A DNA stretch of 64,000 nt from Raillietiella orientalis (lineage: Eukaryota). The notes beneath the pieces were generated by a model. It ran no database searches. It had not been told where the DNA came from and saw only the letters and a program-made list of their open reading frames with translations. Below are positions 53,378-64,000 of this stretch, in pieces. The stretch lies in NCBI GenBank assembly GCA_036172245.1, contig JAYWIR010000018.1, positions 744,001 through 808,000 on the forward strand, written 5' to 3'. Every line of letters starts with the position of its first letter. The first letter of the stretch is position 1. Made by a program: the position numbers and the translations under genes.

Positions 53378-54060
53378 CGATGGCGGCCGTGTGGCTGCGG
53401 TCTCCGCGCGTGGCCCCGAGCGTCGCAGGTTCGAATCCCTCCGGGGGAAGGATCGACACCAGGAAAGGGGGGTGCGTTGTGAATTTCGAGTCCCCCTCGC
53501 AGTATGAAGCTGGCTGGCCTATTTGGGCGTGGCACTGGTGAAGCTAAGTTGACTAGCCGGGATTGGAAGTTGATCCTCCGGGGTCCTTCCAGGAATCAGG
53601 GAGTCCTTTGGGATTCCCCTTCGGTAGCAAAAATGATGCCGTCCCCCCTCTCGAAGGGGGACCCTCTTGTACCATGGAGCTGGTGGATTGGTGAGGCCCC
53701 TCCAGAGTGTAAAGAAGAGCGCTGCTCCCTTCGGGGAGCGACCCTTCAGAGAAAATTGGGAGGCGTCCCTTCGGAATTCTCTTCAGAGGGGGAAGCAAGG
53801 AGAGGATTCTTTCCGGGTCTCCTTCGGAGAAGAAATGAGACGTGATCCCCACAAACCGGGGGGTCCCTCCGGAACGAATGAGGAAGAAGTGGTTCCCTTT
53901 GGGGCTTCCTCCCAAGCGTAAGAGAAACGGACTCCTTCCTCCGGAGTCCTTCATGGATCCAAAGAGTGGTATCCTCCCGGGTACTCCCTGTCTTGAAGAC
54001 CTGACACGTACCCTCGAGTGACAGGAAGAGAGTCTCTAAGTATTGCCACCACAGAAGAAG
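53378..54060 (+). mobile_element. tRNA-headed long SINE-like element, most complete copy
   Basis: A-box-like CGGCCGTGTGG, B box GGTTCGAATCC at 53428-53438, and a hairpin-rich body shared with 38330-38750, 57870-58170, 60450-61100 and 63760-64000. Confidence 0.75.
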
Positions 54061-54258
54061 TGCTGAGCCATACAGCAAGGTGGGCTGAACGTCTGGGGCG
54101 GCTTTCTCTAACGTTCGTCAGTCCAGCACAGTCGCAGCTGTTCCTGGACGGAACGTGGAAGCGCACCTGTTCCTGACCAGCAGTACACGGCTCCAGTTGC
54201 AAGGATCAGCTGGTCTCAAGAATCCTAGATTCCCTGCTGACTGAGAGACTGGGAGCGT

Positions 54259-54560
54259 TTGGGTGCGGAAACACCCGGTGCCCTTGCGGTCGTAGTCGAC
54301 TTGCAAGCAAGAGACCAGGATCAGGAGCTCCTGAAACTTATGGGATTCCCGGCGGTCCTCTGGGACCTACTCTCCAGATGGGGCCACGCGCTCGCAAAAT
54401 TTTTTTCTTCTTCTAGAGGGAAGCACGTGTTTGGCGTGCCGGTGCAGCATGGAACACGTCCAAGTGACAGCCCGAGTCCTCTCCCTGCCCTTCAGCATTC
54501 CCTTCGAGGTGGTTCTGAGGAGACTGGCAACCCTGCCGAGTCCATGACCCGGCACGCCTG
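54259..54560 (+). mobile_element. Reverse transcriptase fragment
   Basis: ALAVVVDLQAR...LLKLMGFP...GVPVQHGTRPSDSPSP parallels 61670-61870. Confidence 0.75.
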
Positions 54561-54639
54561 CCGTGTCGGCTTATGTCTACGACTTTCTGCTGCTGCTCCC
54601 CATGTCAGCCCCGGTGGTAGCATCCGATTTTCACACATG

Positions 54640-55150
54640 TGCACCGGGGCGTTTCTTTAAGAACAAACATAATTCAAAAATTGTGGTTGGACCAGTGATC
54701 CAACCACGGCCAATTTAAAGGAGACCTGCCGGGTCGCAGACCGGCACGGTCCACCACGGCAGCAGAGAGGGGCAAACACACACAAAAAAAAGGTGACAAA
54801 AAATAAAAATAAATACACTTTTGGGGGCTCGGGAAGGTATCACACTCTGCTGGTGGCAGTCCGGTCCATCCTCTCTAGGATATCGGCAAGGTCTTGCTGT
54901 ATGTTGTTTTCCAGGTAGAACCATCGCGTTTCTATCCTAATGAATAGGACGGCGAATTGGATGACGTCCCTGTCGCGGGATCCTCCCGTTGCTTTATTCC
55001 ATGCAGCGACGATCCCGCGTAGACAGCACAGTGCTGCCAGGGAGGTCACTGGCCGAAGGGAGTCACGGACGAAAAGGGGTTTCAATACGTCCCTGGAGTT
55101 GCCTCTGGGGGTGCGGCAGCGCTCGAAGAATTCTTCGGGTTGATCCATCG
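54640..55150 (-). mobile_element. L1/Tx1-like 3' end
   Basis: ORF2 end (GIVAAWNKA...) plus tail hairpin GTGGTTGGA-N7-TCCAACCAC at 54683-54707. Confidence 0.85.
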
Positions 55151-55199
55151 CGGCGCGTGCGCTTGAGATAACGGGACGAAGGCGTCCGTCTACCCATTT

Positions 55200-56100
55200 C
55201 GTACGGCGTGGGCTGGACGGCCCAACTGGATCCTCTTGGGGATCCCCGCAGTTCGGCACTTTAAGAACCTCGGCGTGCCGTTGGGGAATTTTTTCCCGGA
55301 GGAGGCGTGGATTGAGCTGTCTTCAGAGCGCAGAGTCGGCTCTCGTCCCGTTCCGGGATGGCCAGTTCCTCTTGCCGGAACGGGCCGTTACGTGGGACAC
55401 GTTTGCAGCCTCTATCCTTCGCCCCCTGCCTTCTGTTCGCCCCCAGCCCAGAAGCATGATAAAGAGGAACGAAGTCCCTCTGCGGAAAGCCTTCTGTGGA
55501 GCGCAAAGAGAGGTGGTCAGCATGAATGCCGGCACCATTGGAAACATCGGGAGTCCAGTCCTCTTCATGGAAGGAAGACCCCTTCATCTTTAGATATCTT
55601 TACCACGGAAGACCAAGATGGTGAAAAACGAAAGGAACGGTCCCGTAGACCACAATCCTAACCCTGTTGGGCCTGCGGAGGAGCGGGAATGAAACTCACG
55701 TCCCTGCCTGACCAACAGTGGACAAGGACTGGGAGCAAATAAGCAGGATAGATACACCAGGATCGACGGGAGGAGAAATTTCAAGGGTGCTTCTTGAAAG
55801 TGAGGAAGCCTTGGAGGATTTGTGCTCTCTACATCGGGACGGTGGCCTCAGCCTCTTGACGCTGGAGCTGAAGCTCCGAAGACTGGCGCTGGATCCTGCA
55901 AGATATTGGGCCACCCATCGGCGCGTGCAAGCGCACAAAGTTTGGGAGGCAAGGAAAGGTATCACAGATGTGCTCCTGGATTCCTCTGCATCCTCAGCAG
56001 GATGCCGGTACGTTCCTTGCGGTGCGGGAGAGGCGGCCATCTTGTGGGTATCCTCAAAAAGATCACCAACGGGCCGGCGTCTCCGCTCGTCTGGCCTCCA
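55200..56100 (+). mobile_element. RT thumb / post-RT fragment
   Basis: HFKNLGVPLGNFFPEEAW (cf. YIKYLGVSLGDFCFAETW at ~5570-5620) and LEDLCSLHRDGGLSLLTLE. Confidence 0.8.
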
Positions 56101-56521
56101 GCATCATCGTAGCTTTTCGCCGCCGGTGAAGAGGCCTCTAGGCACTCTCCTCGTGCTGTCTTTCGGTGAGTCCAGGGACGCTGCCGAAAGTTCTTCGCGG
56201 CTCGAGGGTCCCCACGTGAGCTCCTAAAGAGTAGGCGGAGTGTGGACGGTCCTCCTGGTCCCGGGAAGGGTCGCGCGCGGCTGTTGCGAGAGGGCGGTCT
56301 CTCCCCATTCGACAAGCAACCGTTTCCTTGCTTCCGCAGCAGCTTCAGCGTCCGCGCGCGCTGGAGCTGATGTGCTCCTCCACCGGACACGCTTCGGCCT
56401 CCGCACCGCGGGCGACGCGGACGCAACGGCTCCAGGCGCAGCGGCGAGAGGAGGCATTCACGACGGAAACGACGCCAAAATAGCGGCGACCGGAAATGAA
56501 CGGCAAACAGCAGCAGCAGAG

Positions 56522-57710
56522 TTGTCACCCGGGGGACTTATTTGGTATATAAAAAAAATAAACATTCTCAATTTTTGGGGTAGGACCAGTGGTCCAACTT
56601 CGCCCATCTCAAAGATAACCTACCGGGTAGCCGGTAAGCCGGTACGCAGACCAGCGAGGTCCTCCTCGGCCAGAGAGAGGGAGGGGAAGGGGAAGTGTAA
56701 AAAAAGACAACAGAATAAAAAATATAAAAAAATATATTAGTAAATAAATATAAAAAAACTTCGGGAAGCGATCATTATTTCTTTTTTAAAAGGCCAGTGG
56801 CGACCTCATGGGGAGATCGTTACTGTTGGCCTATGATCATTAACACGCAGTTACTGATGCATTTATTACATAACGTAATGAGAATACATTTGTGTGGTCG
56901 AACCGTCGGTTCTACCACGCGCAATGAACCTGCCGAAGAGCGGTGCGCAGGCCGGTGAGGTCCGCTTCGGCAGCTCGAAGGAGGGGAAAACAAAGACGAA
57001 AAAAATAAACCAACAAAACAGGGGAGGTTGAATTATACACGGGAAGGAGGGGGGAGGGGAACCGAGGAAGGGAACACGGTACGCTGTCCTGCGTCCTCAG
57101 CATCCTGAACAGGATGCAGGCGCGTTCCGTCCGTACAGCGGCCGGGTGGAGCCATCTCGAGGAGGTCTCCAGGAAGATCCGAGCCCAGTGGATGGCGTTC
57201 CTACCATTTCGGCCTCTTATTCTGGCGTTCCAGGCCGCCGCGATCCCACGAAGGCGGAGGAAAGCTGCGGGGGACGCGGCTGGAAGCGGTGCGGCACCAC
57301 GCGTGAAGAGGCGTTTCAAAAAGTTCCTGGGGTCCCCCACCGGGGTTCCTAGGGTTCGTCGCCAGGCGATTCCAAAGTGATTGGAGGGCAGCACAGTCCA
57401 ACAGCAGGTGTGGGAGGGTCTCCTCTTTCCCGCACCTGTCTCACTGACTGTCTACGCTCCCCCCCGTGTCCAGTGGAGAAGGCGCGCTTTGTACGGGATT
57501 CCTCCATGCAACACCAGCAACGGCGACGCATGCCACTTGAAGGGGAGGGCGCCACTGTTCCAGCGTGCTGAGGACCACTTCACCTCCTCTGGAGGGATGC
57601 CGAGCAGCTCTCTCCAGCGTAGAAGTTTTCGGGGTATTTTGCTCGAGGTCTCAGCGTCCGTGGCCTCCCGAGTTGTCCACGCCCCCAAAAGTTCCGTCTT
57701 TGCTGCCATG
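56522..57710 (-). mobile_element. Two tandem L1/Tx1-like 3' ends (56522-56820 and 56855-57710)
   Basis: Two structured tails; 57050-57710 is colinear with 4200-4810, and 56640-56820 is close to 41715-41870. Confidence 0.85.
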
Positions 57711-57869
57711 CAGCATGTCACTTCCCACCTTGCCGGGATTGCGCTGTCCCCTGAGTCCCTTAGGGAGGGCAGCACTGAGGAAAGGGGGGTGTTGCCGATG
57801 AAGGAAATCCTTTCGGGTTCCTCTCCGTTTCGCTGCTTCCACTTCCAGCTTTTTTTCCCCTTTTTCTCG

Positions 57870-58487
57870 TTCTGAAGAACCGTTCGCCTTCTTAGAAAGG
57901 CACCTTCAAAGCTCTTTAACGCTGTCTATGTCACCCGAGGGTTCACGTAAATCTTCAGATTAATGTGGTGAACCCTGAAGGAACCGCCCTATGAATCCAG
58001 GAAGGCTCCCGAGGATGGAGTCCGTTCTTCTCACGCCTGGGAGGGAACTCCTAAGGAAACCCTCGCCCTGGCTGTCTCCAGAAGGGAACCACTTCCTTAT
58101 TCACCGGTTTGTGGGGGCTGCTTCTCATTTCTTCTCTGAAGCGAATCCACAAGGAAACCTCTGATGGATTGCTCCCCTGTGCTGCCGAGACGAACCCTAC
58201 TGGCGTGCGTGCCAGTTCCCGGCAGGTTTCTCCTCGTAGTTATAGGTAATTTGGGGCAGGATCAGACGTCCTGCCACAGACATGGATGTTTATTTTATAA
58301 ATAAACGCCCCGGCGTTACCGGGTGTCAACCAGTGCCGCGCCCGAGTAGGCCAACCAGTGTCATCCTGCAAGGGGGACTCGGAACCACACCCCTCCGTTC
58401 TCGGCGTGGATCCTTCCCCGGACGGGATTCGAACCCGCGACGCTCGGGGTCACGCGCGAAGGCCGCAGCCACATGGTCGCCATCGGA
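57870..58487 (-). mobile_element. SINE-like element interrupted by an opposite-strand L1 3' tail (58178-58325, +)
   Basis: tRNA head at 58330-58487 with B box at 58425-58435 on the - strand; body and tail at 57870-58170. Confidence 0.7.
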
Positions 58488-60449
58488 GGCTGTTCTCTGC
58501 ATTCTCCGAGAGATGACATCAAGTTCCCCTTCCGTGTCTCCCCGGCTGGGGCCGCCTCGCCGCCATCCTCGCTGAGAGAACGACACCATAGTCATCCTAC
58601 CCTTTTTCCAGGGACGCTCGAGGCCACAAGCAGCAGCTGCCAATGTGGCTGGCCGCAGTGCGTCCCACACGAAAGGGAGCTTTCTGACTCCATTGGGGTG
58701 CTTTCCCGAGTGCAGGGGGCCGGAGGGCAGCGTAGTCCGCAAGCGAATGCGGAAGAGAGCGAACTCATCCGCACCTGACACGCCTCGAGTCCTCCCCTCC
58801 CTCCCCTGGTCCAACGGTGCCGGCGGACATTGAGGCGCCAGTAGCTCCGTCTCCCGTCTCTTGCGAGGATCTGTCGTGGAACGCCGCGGGCAGCTCCCGA
58901 TCTTCCGGGAGAATCTCCGGGAGCTGGGTCCAACCATGAAATTTCCGAGGACTTGTCAAGGTTTCCGCTACCCGTTCTTTGAACCTGGCATGACCAGCTC
59001 TGCCCTGAGCAGTCCAGTCACCTCTATTTTCTTTCTTCCGAGACCATTCCCTTCTTCCTGAGGCTGAGGGAAGGGTGGCAGCCCTGCTTTCATCCACGTG
59101 CTGCTGCACGTTCCCGTTTGTGTCCGTTTTATTCCCTTCTTCCCTTTTTGGTTCCCCGAGTTGCATCGACTCTCCTGCGCTTCCCAGGGCTGTAAGCAAT
59201 TCCGGGTCTCCCATCCTCGAGGAAGAATGGAAAAACGGCAGGGAATCTCATGGTACGGAATTTCAGGCACTTTACTTCAGCTGATCCCAAAACTGGGAGT
59301 CTCCTTCACGTCTGAGCCATCTCTGCAGTCGAAGGACGCCGGGATGGGATGGCCGGATGCGGAAAGAGAGCAACAAGGTGGCGTCCTTCTCAAATGTCAG
59401 CAATTTCTCCCGAGGAGTCCCGCGTCTCTCGTTCCATGAATGAAGGTGCGCTCTCGAGAAATTGCAACTCCCTTCCCTCTTTTTGTTTTTCTTTCTCTTC
59501 CCGTTTGCACCCGTTTCCACACCAACCGTTCCTCCATCTGTTTATGGGACTGCCGATTCCCACGGAACTGCCTCGATTCCTCCGACTCGATGCGAGAGCA
59601 CTAGTCATCCCGAGGCAGAACCTAACAGGTCGCATATCGCGAACGTGACCTTGATCCAGACCAGCAGCGGAAACCGAAACTCGCATTTCGCGCACGGCGG
59701 CTCTGCATTCCCGGATGAGGACGCATCTAACTTCCGAGCAGCAACCCTCCAAGGGAAGAGCCGGCGCGAACTGCCGTCAGGCGGTTCTGATCGGTTCAGC
59801 ATTCCCCCGTGGAATGCGTGAGCCGCCTCTGGGAGCAGACGAAGCCGGAGCGCAGCGTCCACCAAGGAAGCGACCAAATCAGGAGTCCTGCGCTGCACCG
59901 GTATGGCTCTCGGTCCGTGTTCTGGACCAGCAGCCCGTGACGATTTTTTTCTTTTCCCCTCTTCCCTTCCTCATTAGCCAGTCATCCACAACGCAGAGCG
60001 GGCGAAAATCTCGAGCGTGCCGCTAGTGGATGACTTTCATCCGGGAGGGACCATTCGCCGGCTGTCCTTCGCCCCGAAGAACGTTCAATGCAGCTAATTA
60101 AGCATCATCAATCTGCTTTCAGGCGGACAGAACTCTCAGCTGAGGGAGGGAAGTCATCCAAGGTGAGGAAAACAATAAGCAGGAATTAAAGATTTATTAT
60201 GCTAATCTTATCTGTAAATCTTGAGAAGGATTCGGGATTAACGGGAGTGATATCGAGTGGACACCATTTCGAGATCAAGCGAACGTTCCGGCTCCTGGAG
60301 GAAAGCCAAAAGCCGTCGCTAATTCTCTGGACGCTGGAAGGGATCGCATTCGACGACTGTTGGAATTGGCGAAAACTGATGCTCCCTACGGCCTGGGAAT
60401 CCTTTCGAGTTCTCCCGTCTCGCCGCTTCTTGCCTTCCAACCTTCGTTC

Positions 60450-61100
60450 TTTCTTCTGGTTCGCCACTCTCTGAAGAACCTTCCACCCCCTTACGAAGGT
60501 CCCACGAAACTCTTCAGCGCTGTCCGCGTCATCCCCAAGAGTGCGTGTCAACTCTTCAAGTCACTGGGGGGACAACCCTGTAGGGACCATCCTATGAGCT
60601 CAGAAAGGCTCCGGAGGAAGGAGTCCGTTCCTCTTACGCTTGCTTGGGGGAGAGCCCGAAGGGAACCCTCACCCTGGTTGTCTTCGAAGGGATCCCCCAG
60701 AGCGAACCTCTTCCTCATCTTCTCCGGAGGAAACCCGGAAAGGATTTCTGCTCCTGGAATTTCTTCTCTGGAGGGAACCGGCAATGGAATCGCTCCTTGT
60801 TTTTGTTCCTCAGAAGAGAACCCCGAAGGGATGCTTTCCAATTTCTCTGAGGAATTGCCTCCCGAAGGGAGCAGAGCGCTTCTTCGCACTCTGGAGAGGC
60901 ATCATCAATCCACCAGCCCCATTGTACTCGATGGGGGGTCCCATTTTCACAACCAGAGGGGAACCCCAAAGGACTCCCTGACTCCCGGAAGGACCCTGGA
61001 GGGTCGACTCCCAAATCTCGATCAGCCAACGGGGATATCCGGTTTCCACCAGTGCTCACTGAGGCATAGTCAGCAAGTTCTTCCCATCCCTGCACGCGAA
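60450..61100 (-). mobile_element. SINE-like element body plus tail (head missing or decayed)
   Basis: Reverse complement is colinear with 53530-54050. Confidence 0.75.
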
Positions 61101-61149
61101 AGCACCTTCCGAAAGGGATTTTGCGCTATTCCTATTCCCGGAAGGCGCT

Positions 61150-63300
61150 CCAGCAATCGGAGAGGAGGAGAGAAGGAACCTCGATGAGCCTTCCACGGCG
61201 GGTAAAATAATCACCGCCTTCGGAAGCCTTAAGAGGCGAAAGGCAGCAGGGGAGGATGGCCTGCCGGTGGAGTTTTATCAGTGCTTCGCGGCAGAGCTGA
61301 CTCCCCTGGTACAGCAACTCACCTTGCTGATACGCGAAACAGGCGACGCTCCGCCTCGTTTTGCTCAGCTAAGGTGCGGCTCCTCCCCAAAGGAGGAGAC
61401 CTAAGGAGCATCAGCAACTGGCGGCCGATTACCGTGCTAAACGCGGACGCCAAGTTGCTTCCGAAATTATGGGCAGAGAGTCTTAGACGGGTGGCGGAAC
61501 GCTTCATCAACCAGGAGCAGTCATATGCTGTTCCCGGGAGGAGCATGGATGCCGACCTGTTCTACGTAAGCACATGGTTCGCGCACCTACAAGAAAGGAA
61601 CAATTTGGGCAGCCGGAATTCCGGAGAGTCCGTCGGTGAAGAACGGGATGGCCGAGCGGGAGAGGGAGCCCTTGTGGTCGCAGTCGATCTGCAGAAGGCA
61701 TTCGACCGAGTCGACCTGCAGCCTCTTCTGGAGCTCCTGGAACGCTTGGGCTTCCCGGCCGCATTACTGCGCTCCAGATGGCGCGATACGCTAATCAACG
61801 TCTCTTCCAGCGGACGCACCGCGTACGGAGTGTCGGTATGGCGCAGGATACGGCAGCCTGAGCCCCTTGCTCTTTAGCACCTATTTCGAATTGGTGCTGA
61901 GAGCGTACAGAGAGACTCTGGCGCACCTGCCGCGTGATTGTCCCCGTACGTCTGCGGTGGCAGCGTAAGCCGACGGCCTTTTGCTGCTGCTCTTCATGTC
62001 CACCCTGGCTTCTACAGTCGAGAATTTCTTCAATGTGCTGAGTCGTGGTACAGGACTCAGGGTGCACAGGGCGAAGTCGTCCGTGATGCCAGTCGGTGCG
62101 GTGGGACAAAGGGAGGTCCCGAGTCCGCTTGAAGGACTTGTGCGCTCCGCATGCGGCCTAGGTCTCCTGACGCTGTAATGGCTGGAGCTGCAGCTCCAGT
62201 TTCGAAAACTTGTTCTCGTGGCAAACTCTGGAGCACCACCTGGTGCCAACCTACACGCCTCCTCGTCCAGCAAACCACCGGCAGCGTGGGGCTCGCGTCT
62301 TTCCTTACACTCCGTCGCCGCCATATCTGCCACTGCAGATAGAAGCTTCGGAGGGTAGCCGCGCTGGCGAGGAAAAACACGGGATGGATCTCCTGCCGCT
62401 TCGCGAACGGTACTGCCTGGTTACAGGAAACTGTTCGCACGTGGGCCAGAATCCAGGAGCCAAGCGCGAAACAGGTGCGACATTTCCTGTATGCGCATAA
62501 CAGCTGCACGCTCCGGGAACTCCTGGAAGATCCTGTGAAGAGTACGTGGCAAACAGAACCTCCCTCGCCGCCGCGCTGCCCTCCCTTGGAGAGCACATGG
62601 GCAACAACCTTGCGGCAAAATGGGAGGTTACTGTGGAAATCTCCGGAAGGAGGAAAGGACTGGGCTATTGGACGACAGGCCAGCTCACCGACGCTGCGAC
62701 TCCGATTGCTCGACCTCGTGGACTTTTGCGTGCTACTGGGTCGCAAGACCTGCATTGGCCCCTGGTGCTCATGAACTCCTGCACCCTCCCATTAAAGTGA
62801 CAGAAGTCGGCATTAATGCTGCTGCACTGGGGGATCCCGTGCAATGCCCATACACATCATTGGACAAGGGGAGGTATGGATCCAAACTGCAAGGTGCGGG
62901 GAGCGGGAATCCTTCCCTCACCTTCTAGTGGACTGTGCTGCCCTCTGACTCCTTTGGGGACGCTTTGCCGCGACTCTTGGAACACCCAGTGGAAACGCCA
63001 GAGGAGACCAGGACGACAGAGACGCCATCAGTTTTGCTGTCCTCTTCATGAGGGCAGCGTCAAGAAGGTCCTATCTGGGAGTCTTGAAACAGGAAGTTGC
63101 CGGTATCCTTACAAGGATGCAGCTGGATAGTGTCCTCTCCAGTACACATTCCAGATTCCCTCCCGGACCCTTCCTTCTTTTTGACTGCATGTTCTTTGTT
63201 TTATGCTTTTTTCTTTTTGTTTGTCACCCCTTCTGTGGTGCCGAGGCGAACGCCGCTGGCCTGCGTGACAGTTCCTGGCAGATTCCTTCTCGTGGTTAGT
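61150..63300 (+). mobile_element. Decayed L1/Tx1-like ORF2 (RT through zinc finger) plus 3' tail
   Basis: LLPKGGDLRSISNWRPITVLNADAKLL...QSYAVPGRS...VAVDLQKAFDRVD...LGFP...RRIRQ. The catalytic YADD is mutated to *ADG at ~61966; tail at 63235-63300. Confidence 0.92.
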
Positions 63301-63759
63301 TCCCCGAAACCGGCAAGCAGTGGGGTAAATTTATTCATGACAAAGTTTTACAGTTTCACCGACATTGGCAACGTAGTTCCCTCAGGTGAACGTATTTCAT
63401 CAATGGATTCCCACAGTTCGCTTCGTAGCGTCTGCAATGCCACCATCAGGGTGGTTTTCTCGGAATGGGTCACTGTGGGATAGAGGGCGGTAGATTCGTG
63501 CTTGTCACTTCCGCGATCTTTTGCAGGATGTAGCGGTAAGTCCAGGCGGGTTTCTTACCTCAATTCCTAATCCCAATTTCCCGCTTGATCAGGCCTTGGA
63601 AGATGTTCACGGCAAGAACCATGTTTCCCGTATTCCTCATTTTCATCCTTCTTATCACGACACTCGTGATGAATAGGGAGATCGGTGCACTGTACCATGG
63701 GATTGTATTGCTGGACATTAATGTTTCCGTCGAACATTCCCGCTAGAATGTTTATTGTG

Positions 63760-64000
63760 TTTTTTTTTTTTTGGTTCGCTAAGTACCTCAGAGCCGGTAG
63801 CGTGCCTCGCGGCGCACGTGGCTCTTTTAAGCACACTGTTTTGTTTCTAAGCTTCTCCCCTGCGACAACCCCACAGGGGGGGCGTGTGATTCTTCACGAT
63901 AGGGGGCATTCCGGGATGGAGGTCCGCCCTATGAATCCAGGAAGGACTCGGAGTCCGTTCCTCTCCCGCTTGGGGAGAGAAACGCACCTCCCATCCTGAT
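63760..64000 (-). mobile_element. 3' part of the SINE-like element ending in GCGAACC plus poly(A)
   Basis: T-run at ~63759-63772 directly abuts ggttcgctaagtacctc; the same end motif occurs at 38090-38110 and 60458-60470. Confidence 0.7.

Larger units (their letters stand above)
35500..64000. mobile_element. Retroelement-dense block of decayed L1/Tx1-like ORF1/ORF2 fragments on both strands plus SINE-like copies; no intact host gene seen
   Basis: Recurrent RT, thumb, zinc-finger, APE and ORF1 motifs and repeated 3' tails; abrupt rise in GC and CpG after ~35.9 kb. Confidence 0.9.

Noticed and set aside
53378..53450. Functional tRNA genes at 38166, 53378 and 58415-58487
   Set aside because: The B box is perfect, but the acceptor and anticodon stems do not pair well, the copies differ from each other, there is no T-run terminator, and all run into a shared repeat body. 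These are SINE heads.
52384..53535. 383-aa ORF and the many other long overlapping ORFs between 36 and 64 kb as novel genes
   Set aside because: Their Pro/Arg/Ser/Gly-rich composition is typical of GC-rich non-coding frames, and they cross boundaries between unrelated repeats.
60360..61187. 275-aa ORF with similar peptides at 38303-38593 and 53553-53954 as a protein family
   Set aside because: The similarity is explained by the shared SINE-like DNA. It is antisense to the tRNA head and frames shift between copies. A formal coding test was not run.
61281..63300. Active autonomous retrotransposon
   Set aside because: The YADD motif is replaced by a stop codon, the thumb region is deleted, and there are several frameshifts. 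No intact ORF2 exists in the window.

Overview
Nuclear DNA of an invertebrate-like animal; the DCTN2 and ETFDH N-termini are metazoan-type and the species cannot be identified from sequence alone. The left ~35 kb is AT-rich and holds four intact spliced housekeeping genes with mostly 37-60 bp GT-AG introns: CDIN1/C15orf41 (-), DCTN2 (-), HDAC11 (-) and ETFDH (+). It also holds an intronless, highly divergent barrier-to-autointegration factor (BAF/BANF)-like gene head-to-head with DCTN2, and two retroelement islands (~4-5.8 kb and ~15-20 kb). From ~35.5 kb to the end the sequence is a GC- and CpG-rich mosaic of decayed L1/Tx1-like non-LTR retrotransposon fragments on both strands, interleaved with a long tRNA-headed SINE-like family. 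The four most notable items are: (1) a BAF paralog with a natural Glu at the position of the human dimer-breaking G47E mutation, an altered HhH DNA-binding motif and an upstream RFX X-box; (2) a multi-stem RNA structure with clear covariation at the 3' end of the L1/Tx1 family, in about ten copies; (3) a ~700-800 nt tRNA-headed element full of C(UUCG)G-type hairpins; (4) a GC3-rich orphan reading frame broken by three successive +1 frame changes. All homology calls are by eye against remembered sequences; no searches were run, and transposon boundaries are approximate.
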